Source of the DNA: a virus
Taxonomy: Duplodnaviria; Caudoviricetes
Virus record (IMG/VR): IMGVR_UViG_641509434_000001
Span: 15,233-79,232 of that record
Length of the DNA: 64,000 nt
Reading direction: 5' to 3' (one strand)
Shown: piece after piece, positions 56,719-64,000 of the stretch
Numbering within the stretch: position 1 is the first letter of the stretch
Layout of the letters: each line of letters starts with the position of its first letter
The notes under the pieces: generated by a model
The model's database searches: none
What the model saw: only the letters and a program-made list of their open reading frames with translations
Told to the model about the DNA's origin: nothing
Translations under genes and position numbers: made by a program

Positions 56719-57918
56719 ATGCAAACATATACAAATAAAGATGGAATTACAATTACTTCATTTGCAACAGAAATGGAACAAGGTCTTAAAGAACAAGCTT
56801 TTGATATTGCTTCTAAGTTCTCAGATGCTCAAGTAGCTTTAATGCCTGATGCCCATGTAGGTACACCAGCACCAATTGGTCTTACTATCAATTTTCATGA
56901 TATCAAACCAGAAGAACGATTTAACATTGTGGAACTTGTAGGTAATGATATCGGATGTGGTGTAATGTCTTATGGTCTTAAAATTGACCACAAACTCACT
57001 ACTGAAGAACTTGAAAAGATCTATTCTTTGATTAGTCAAGAAATTGGTATCTTCACTCGTCCTTATATGGAAGTTCATGATACATTTGGTACACTTGGTT
57101 CAGGTAACCACTTCATTGAAATTGGGCAAGTAGATGATAAAGGTACATATCTTATAACAGTTCATTCAGGAAGTCGTTCTAAAGGTGCAGAAGTCTATAA
57201 GAAATATAGTAAGAAACATACAACATTACTTGATAACAGTCTACAAAATGAACTTATTGATGTAATGAAACGTGCTAATCTTGACTCAATGATTCAAGCT
57301 GCACTCACAAATGCAAACTTTAAAGTAATTAAAAATGATATGACAGATAAAATGTGGGACTACTATCTTAAAGACATGCGTGATGCTGTAAATTGGGCTA
57401 GAGGTTCACGTAATGATATGATGAACAAAGTACTTGATATCTTAGTAGACTTAAATATTAAATTTGATGTATTTCTTGAAGTTAACAATACTCATAACTA
57501 CTTTGATAGAGATTCTACTTATAATGCTGGAATACTTCGTAAAGGAGCTATCAACCAACATGAAGATAATCTCATTCTTACTCCTCTATCAATGAAAGAA
57601 GGAGTATTGGTATCATTGCCAATGCCTTCATTTAACAACAACTACTCTGCAATGCATGGAGCTGGTCGTGCTTTATCTCGTAAACTTGCTCGTGAAACAG
57701 TAACTATGTCTAAATTCAAAGAAGATATGGAAGGCATTGTTGCACATCCACGTGAAGAGATTCTGGACGAAGCACCAGATGCATATAAAACAGCAGCTAC
57801 TATTCTTAATGACTCAGAAGAAATCTGCTATCCACTATTCATTGCTAAACCAGTACTTAACTTTAAAGGTGCTGATCATGTACATGAAAACTACAAAGAA
57901 GAAAGAAATAATGGATGA
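56719..57918 (+). CDS. rtcB: RtcB-family RNA ligase
   Basis: MPDAHVG, VGNDIGCG, GTLGSGNHFIE, VHSGSR, NTHNY, LRKGA, MHGAGR, DEAPDAYK. Confidence 0.95.
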   Translation: MQTYTNKDGITITSFATEMEQGLKEQAFDIASKFSDAQVALMPDAHVGTPAPIGLTINFHDIKPEERFNIVELVGNDIGCGVMSYGLKIDHKLTTEELEKIYSLISQEIGIFTRPYMEVHDTFGTLGSGNHFIEIGQVDDKGTYLITVHSGSRSKGAEVYKKYSKKHTTLLDNSLQNELIDVMKRANLDSMIQAALTNANFKVIKNDMTDKMWDYYLKDMRDAVNWARGSRNDMMNKVLDILVDLNIKFDVFLEVNNTHNYFDRDSTYNAGILRKGAINQHEDNLILTPLSMKEGVLVSLPMPSFNNNYSAMHGAGRALSRKLARETVTMSKFKEDMEGIVAHPREEILDEAPDAYKTAATILNDSEEICYPLFIAKPVLNFKGADHVHENYKEERNNG

Positions 57919-59584
57919 ACAAAAACTTTTCAAAACATTGCAGAGCTTATTTGCAGACTTTAATATCGATTGCTGTGATGAATCAGAAGTTCATGAAATC
58001 TATGAAGAAATTGACAAAGCTGCTGGGACATCACTAGCAGACATCTATCGTAAAGACTACATGGACGAAGATGAAGAAGAGGACGGTGAAGAATAATGGT
58101 TATATTAGTATCTTGGTTAATCATTATTGTAGTAGCTGGTATTGTCTGGGGTGGCTTTGTTTACAGTCATTCTAAGATTGTACATCATAAGAATCTGAAA
58201 CTTAAAAACAAACTAGCTCATGTGGAAACAGAGTTAGCAAACTTAAAAAGCAAAATAGACTGGAGTAATAATTAATGATTGGCGTAGATGATTACATGAT
58301 TCAAGTAGAGTATAAAAATCGTATGGTTGAACGGTACTACTTTACTGGAACTAAACAAGAAGCACAAGCTAAAGCTCACGAGCTTAAAGTAGGTAAAGGT
58401 GCAATTGATTCTAGTCTATTTAAAGTTGACTACACAGTAGTACCAAAACAATTCTTTTAAGGATAAATAATGAATAAAACTAAACAAGCATTAGTACTCA
58501 CAGTGCCTACACTGATATTCATTGCAATAATGATATTGATAGGAATATATCTTGCTTGGCTAATTATATTCAACACTTTACTAGGGATAGCTATTTCGGC
58601 TATCCTTATTTTTGTGTTGCTATTCTTAGCATACAGATTTATGTAGGAGAAGAAATGACACCAAAAGTAAGAGTACTGGTAAAGCCTAGATTCAGATTCT
58701 GGGTACCATGGAAATATGTAACAAGCAACTGGAATGTTCTATCTGAGAACAGAGAAGATGCAGCTATCTTTCAAGATAACTCATTGTATAAAGTAGAGGA
58801 CTTCTATTTCTTTAGTCGATTAGACTATGAAGTAGTTCCAAGCAGAAGAGATAATAAAGATTAGGAGTATACAAATGAAACTTAAAGAAGCAGTAATATT
58901 TACATTAAATCTATTTGTGGTCTTTGGCATAGCAATTAGTGTAATAGCATTTATATCTTGGATAGGAACTTTCAGTCCAATTGCTGCAGTTGCACTTGCA
59001 ATAATAGCATTATTTGTACTGGTTACAAGTTTAATTTACGCACTATCTAGTTGGTGGGAGAACTAATGAGATATGCAGTAAAAGTATTTGATCATGGCAA
59101 GGTATTTTTCTTTAAGACCTTTGGTACAAGATCTGAAGCTGATTATTTTAAGAATACAGTTGTAAGCCAAACAAACCATGATGCAGTTGTATACAAAATA
59201 GAACTAACTTTAGTGGAGGAAGAATATGAGGAAGCTTAGAATTATTAGTCCTATTTGTTTGATATTAGGTCATGACTTTCAGTTTGACCATAATCTTTTT
59301 ACACAAACAAATGGAAAGAAAACAGTCATCTGTACAAGATGTGACAAGGTGGAATAAATGGGACTATTCAAAAGAAAACCTAAGACAGAACCTAAGCCTA
59401 TCATGGCAAGGTTTATCTATCATGAATATTATAAAGAAAATATGTCAACATGGCAGCTAACTAATACTAGAGAACTTAAACGTGCTATTTCAGACAACAA
59501 TAGTATGTGGGAAGAAACTATTAAACGAGGAAATCTATATCAACCTAGTCAGATTGTACAGGGCTTTGAAACTAAGGAGCTTTA

Positions 59585-59860
59585 ATGAAATACAAAAAGA
59601 AACCAGTAGTAATTGAAGCATTTCAACTTAATGATAGAGGACTAATTGGTGAAGACTGGTTCTGGGATGCAGTATCTAATAATAAAATTATCACACATAG
59701 TTTTGGCAAACATGAACCAAATAAAGCTTGGTGTGAAATCAAGACACTTGAAGGTACTATGACTGCAGACCCAGGCGATTTTATTATTCAGGGAGTTGAA
59801 GGCGAAATCTATCCATGTAAACCAGATATCTTCCATAAGACTTATGAGGTGGCAGAATGA
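59585..59860 (+). CDS. conserved phage protein (KKPVVIEA family)
   Basis: MKYKKKPVVIEA...IKTLEG...GDFIIQGVEGEIYPCKPDIF. Confidence 0.75.
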   Translation: MKYKKKPVVIEAFQLNDRGLIGEDWFWDAVSNNKIITHSFGKHEPNKAWCEIKTLEGTMTADPGDFIIQGVEGEIYPCKPDIFHKTYEVAE

Positions 59861-60580
59861 GTGAACAGAAATATTATGTAGGACTTACAAGCCTACTGGA
59901 TGAAAATATAACAACTAGTTACTTATGGAAAGATTTACATTTCTATCCTTGCTTTGAGAAATCAAGTTATACAATCACTTTAAAAGAACTTGAGTTATTA
60001 ACAAATGAAAAGCTGGCACGATTTGTTGGTTATGATGACCAAACTGAAATTAAACTATTGGATCAATCCACTACTAAAACTTACTCCTGTGGAGGACACG
60101 AAAATGAGCGAAAGAACTTATAAGAACTTTTTAAAAAGGTTGGAAATTGTTTATGGTTTATCAAATAAGAGAGTAAATAATCGAGATATAAACGTATTAG
60201 ATAAAGATGATCTAATTTATATACTCCGTTGCCGCTCGTATATAGCCAATTGTTATATGAAAATGGCAATCATAAATCATTATCGAGGTGCTGATGGCTT
60301 TTATATTGATGACAAGCATGAGAAATAAATGGATAACATAACATCTGATACAATATTTGCGGTTGCAATCATAGCAACAATCGTAATCTGGCACTGGATT
60401 AACAAGAAATATGGAGATGAAAATGAAAAATTTAACAGTAGCACAAATGATTGAAGAACTTGAAAAAAATGCCACAAGATGCATTGGTTGTGGTTTCAGG
60501 AGAAGATTCTTCTTGGGGAATCTGCCAAGCGGTTCATACTGACGACATTGTGGACCTAGTATTGAATGAGGAGCTTTGAT

Positions 60581-61221
60581 ATGACTGAAATAGCAAAAGA
60601 GCTTTTACGAAAAACTAAAGTAATTAGAGATAATTTTTATCCTGAGTCAATTGAATCTGAGCATGAAGATGAACAAAAAATAACCTTTGAATTTCTATCA
60701 GAAGTGATTAATTATCTTGAATATGAGTCGAAACAGAAAGACGAACGTATTCAGGATTTTAAAAATGCATTAAACGAGGCAGGTAATGAATTGAGTAGAT
60801 TGAGTCACGAAAACGGCTATCTCAAATCTCAACTCCAACAGCAAGTCCTGCCAGTCCTGCCTGAGTTTGTGGCTGAGTGGTATGAAGAGGAAAAAGATAG
60901 TTTAGAATTTGCAGTCTATAATATAAACACATTAATTGACAAAAAGTCTTTAAATGACCGCACTAAAATTGAAAAGTGGTTTGCTAGAGCTGATAATAAA
61001 CCAATTGAAACTGTCTTTAAGATGAAAGACGGCTATCAAGTCGAAAACCGCAGCTGTTCTATTTGAAGAATAAGCTGACAGGTCTTTGGCTAATGCGAGA
61101 TGAAGTAGATAAAGTGTATCCATACGACCATACTTCGGACATACGCAACAGAGATACTTTCACTCAGCAAGACATCGACAGCATGCAAACTGGGAGCTAT
61201 GAACAAGTAGAGGTAGACTAA
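60581..61221 (+). CDS. DUF1642-family protein (apparent frameshift ~61045)
   Basis: LPVLPEFVAEW...DGYQVE continues as PQLFYLKNK...SYEQVEVD in another frame after a short A run. Confidence 0.6.
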
Positions 61222-61733
61222 TGGCAACATACAAAGTACTAATGCGTTCTGAGACTTACATTTATGTATAAGCAGGTAGTCTAGAACAAGCAGAACAAGA
61301 TGCTAAAGTTGAGTTATTGTATCGACAACAAGACTTTACAAGTGACGCAAATGTGGAGAGCATAGATGAAGTTCAAGAAGATTAGGTCATTGATATGTAA
61401 GATTAAAGGACATGACTTTGAAACTTACACAGTAAGATATGGTATCTGGTCTGATGAAATAGAACAAGCAGGACACTGCATTCGTTGTGACTATGACACA
61501 CATGAAACTAATGGAGGCTAGTAATATGTTTGAACAAATTATGGTAAACAAGGATGAGTATGAAAGACTAGTGGCAGACAATAGATATATGAAAAGAGTA
61601 CTGGAAGACACTACAGATGTACCCCGTAGACTTAGAGAAACAACTGACTTTGGTGTAGGCTTTCAACCACCTATCAATGCATTAGATCAAGTAGTAGCAG
61701 AAGCACAAAAAGCACTTACATTAGTTAAGTAGT

Positions 61734-61755
61734 GAGATACAATAGTTACTAATAC
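61734..61755 (+). promoter_or_regulatory. putative phage RNAP promoter
   Basis: GAGATACAATAGTTACTAATAC upstream of the structured RNA / tRNA-Gln region. Confidence 0.7.
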
Positions 61756-61927
61756 ATAACTCGACCAGAAAATATCGTAAAACTAATCATTACAAACAGC
61801 CAAACTTTATGGCGCAAATGAAGAAGGCATGTGACTATACATCCCTGATTCAACCCGTGCAGGGTGCAAGCATAAAAAGAAATATTAGTCATTTGTACTC
61901 AGCTTTTGCAAGAGCTAGTACATTTAA

Positions 61928-62000
61928 TGGAATATAGTTTAGATTGGTAGAACGCAGGACTTTGAATCCTGTAGCATTGGTTCGAGTCCAGTTATTCCAG
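61928..62000 (+). tRNA. tRNA-Gln (anticodon TTG)
   Basis: TGGAATA/TATTCCA acceptor, CAGGA-CTTTGAA-TCCTG, ATTGG-TTCGAGT-CCAGT. Confidence 0.92.
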
Positions 62001-62101
62001 TGTTCATCATGACCTGTAATGTCATTAAACTTATACATAGTCTGGGTCGACTGGGAGGGGCGTCCTTCAAGGGCGAAATAAAAAAGAAAGGAGATATCAT
62101 T

Positions 62102-62905
62102 ATGAATATCTCTTACCAATTACCTTATCTCAACGATGCTACTACATTTAGTAATGGCATCATCTATCGTTCTGAAGCTAAGAATAGCAAGGATGAGTCA
62201 CCTTATCAAAAGGTAAAGGTTGACAACAACAAAGCTTACTATGCCTTAGCTCAACATGCTAAACTTCCTGATATGTCTACTGAAGTTGTCTTAACACAAG
62301 AACAAGCTGAAGCAGCATATCAATTAGCAAAAGAGCAAAGCTATTACACACCTGTACAAGATGACATTGTTGTAGTATTTATGTTAAAGAATGCAGTAGT
62401 AGACACAAAAGGTCAAATGCGACTATTCAAATCTAGTTCTGTTATACCTTATCTATTAGTTACTAGTGTAGACATGAATAATATTAGTCATTATGACTCA
62501 TTAGCCACAATTGAATGTGAAGGTGTTTATGGTGCGGTAGTATATGAGATGAAGACAGACACAGAACTGGCAAAATCTTTAGACCCTCTATCTAAGACTA
62601 AAGAAGAACTAAGAGAAATCTATTCTACTTCTTATGATAGAAAAGATATACCAGCAATAGTTCTGGACGGCGTGTATACTACATACATGTTAAGCATAGT
62701 ATCAGGAGAAACTGGAGAAGGCAATTTCTATGACCATTACTTCCCATTAGGTTTACTCCCTCATGTTCATTCAATCTATACTGATTGTATTGAATTTGAG
62801 ATGAACTATGACATACCTTACCGGTATGAAGCACTTATGAACTTGTATAGTGCTATTAAGGTTGGTGAAAAGCCTGGAGAGTGGAAGGTGACTATAAATG
62901 AATAA
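62102..62905 (+). CDS. hypothetical protein
   Basis: AAAGGAG RBS before ATG 62102. Confidence 0.65.
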   Translation: MNISYQLPYLNDATTFSNGIIYRSEAKNSKDESPYQKVKVDNNKAYYALAQHAKLPDMSTEVVLTQEQAEAAYQLAKEQSYYTPVQDDIVVVFMLKNAVVDTKGQMRLFKSSSVIPYLLVTSVDMNNISHYDSLATIECEGVYGAVVYEMKTDTELAKSLDPLSKTKEELREIYSTSYDRKDIPAIVLDGVYTTYMLSIVSGETGEGNFYDHYFPLGLLPHVHSIYTDCIEFEMNYDIPYRYEALMNLYSAIKVGEKPGEWKVTINE

Positions 62906-63278
62906 GCGTATGCAATCTTTCTTTGATCAACTATCAAAGGTACAAAAAGACTTAAACTTATTTAAGCCTACTAGATCCACTCATAAAGAATCAATAGACG
63001 ACATAGTATCTAGAGCTTCTGATTTGTATGAAGAAACTACTGGTACACCTTTGTCATCTAAAGCTACACCAGCTCAAGTACTAGGTTCACTTAAATCTAT
63101 AGTGACAGTAAGTGCATTGCCACATGATGATGACATCTTTTGGCATACAGTAGGCAGACCAGGTTCTGCTAACTACAATCTGAGAGAAGAGATACTTTCT
63201 ACAATCTCAGACTTACAAGAAGCACTTTCTCGTGCTACTTTAGTGAAAGGCATCAAATCTGATTTGAATAGCCACTAA
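62898..63278 (+). CDS. hypothetical protein
   Basis: 126-aa ORF overlapping the previous stop. Confidence 0.6.
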   Translation: MNKRMQSFFDQLSKVQKDLNLFKPTRSTHKESIDDIVSRASDLYEETTGTPLSSKATPAQVLGSLKSIVTVSALPHDDDIFWHTVGRPGSANYNLREEILSTISDLQEALSRATLVKGIKSDLNSH

Positions 63279-63281
63279 TTA

Positions 63282-63318
63282 GAAAGCCTCTTCCCCACTT
63301 GGGGTTGCAGGCTTTTTT
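63282..63318 (+). terminator. rho-independent terminator
   Basis: AAAGCCT...CCCC-ACTT-GGGG...AGGCTTTTTT. Confidence 0.6.
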
Positions 63319-63343
63319 CATCATACATAGAAAGGAGACTAAC

Positions 63344-63904
63344 ATGAATTACTATCCACCACTAGTGTGGCAAGAGTACATAGAAGAACTAGATGGCTTT
63401 CCTGGCTACTATTTAACTGACCATGGTAGAGTATTTAGCTACACACCTCATACAGGATATGTAGAACTTAGTCAAAGAATGCATAAAGGCTACAAGAGGT
63501 TTAATGTAGTCAAAGATGGAAAGACATCTACTTTGTATACTCATAGAGCAGTAGCAAATCAATGGCTACCAAGTAGACCAGGACTAGTAGTCAATCACAA
63601 AGATGAAGATAAGACTAACAATAGACTTGACAATCTTGAGTGGGTTACCATTACTCAGAATAGAAACTATGGTACTGGAGTAGCTAGGTCTATTGTATCT
63701 CGTAAGAAGTTCACATCAACTGAAGTACTACAGTTAGACTTAGATGGCAACTTAGTCAAAGAGTGGAAATCAGCAGCAGAGATAGCTAGAACTAACCACT
63801 ACAGATACAACACAGTCTGCGGAGTCATCCAAGACTATCCATGCGAGTTCAAAGGCTATCTTTGGAAGCGTAAGACACTAAAGAGCAGTAGCAAGCACAC
63901 ATAA
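63344..63904 (+). CDS. HNH homing endonuclease (NUMOD4 / HNH_3 type)
   Basis: YYLTDHGRVFS, THRAVA, VNHKDEDKTNNRLDNLEWVT...N, VLQLDLDGNLVKEWKS. Confidence 0.9.
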   Translation: MNYYPPLVWQEYIEELDGFPGYYLTDHGRVFSYTPHTGYVELSQRMHKGYKRFNVVKDGKTSTLYTHRAVANQWLPSRPGLVVNHKDEDKTNNRLDNLEWVTITQNRNYGTGVARSIVSRKKFTSTEVLQLDLDGNLVKEWKSAAEIARTNHYRYNTVCGVIQDYPCEFKGYLWKRKTLKSSSKHT

Positions 63905-64000
63905 GCACAGGGCAGGGCCAATTAAGATCAAATTTAGCAACCTCAAATGATCAAAGAGGGGGTAGCGACTTTTGACCTTTTTCGTCAGGGCCCCCCCCCC

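Noticed and set aside
61806-61876. Twister, twister-sister or hammerhead ribozyme
   Set aside because: Partial words (AATGAAG, GGTGCAAG, CTGA) are present but not in the required structural context
1006-62119. Minus-strand and nested alternative-frame ORFs from the ORF track
   Set aside because: Short, without convincing RBS or motifs, and overlapping well-supported + strand genes or tRNAs

Overview
This window is most of an AT-rich lytic podovirus genome, probably infecting a Lactococcus/Enterococcus-type Firmicute. Every credible gene is on the + strand. It opens with a divergent single-subunit (T7-type) RNA polymerase gene, and eight copies of a 21-26 bp putative phage promoter (GAGATACAAWARTTACTAATA) are spread across the window. 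The virion module is phi29-like: packaging ATPase, connector, two paralogous capsid-like proteins, lower collar, tail knob, CHAP tail enzymes and a pectate-lyase-type spike. After the spike come an apparently imported, duplicated siphovirus-type BppU/RBP cassette and a holin/amidase lysis cassette. Replication genes are RepB-type primase-helicase, Sak4-like ATPase, beta-clamp-like protein, PD-(D/E)XK nuclease, intein-containing PolA, RuvC and RNase H. PolA is flanked by a ParB-like gene and two GT2/TAGT-like glycosyltransferases, suggesting DNA modification. There are three tRNAs, several tRNA-like or structured RNAs and an RtcB ligase. The most striking unexplained signal is a set of about 10 otherwise unrelated head-region proteins sharing a [GSA]-R-[EQ]-G-[GA] motif; several also share an N-terminal [LY]DYxVDI leader. 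This suggests a dedicated targeting and proteolytic maturation system for internal/ejection proteins. Several single-base frameshifts, mostly at homopolymers, look like assembly errors. All family assignments are by visual motif recognition, not database searches.
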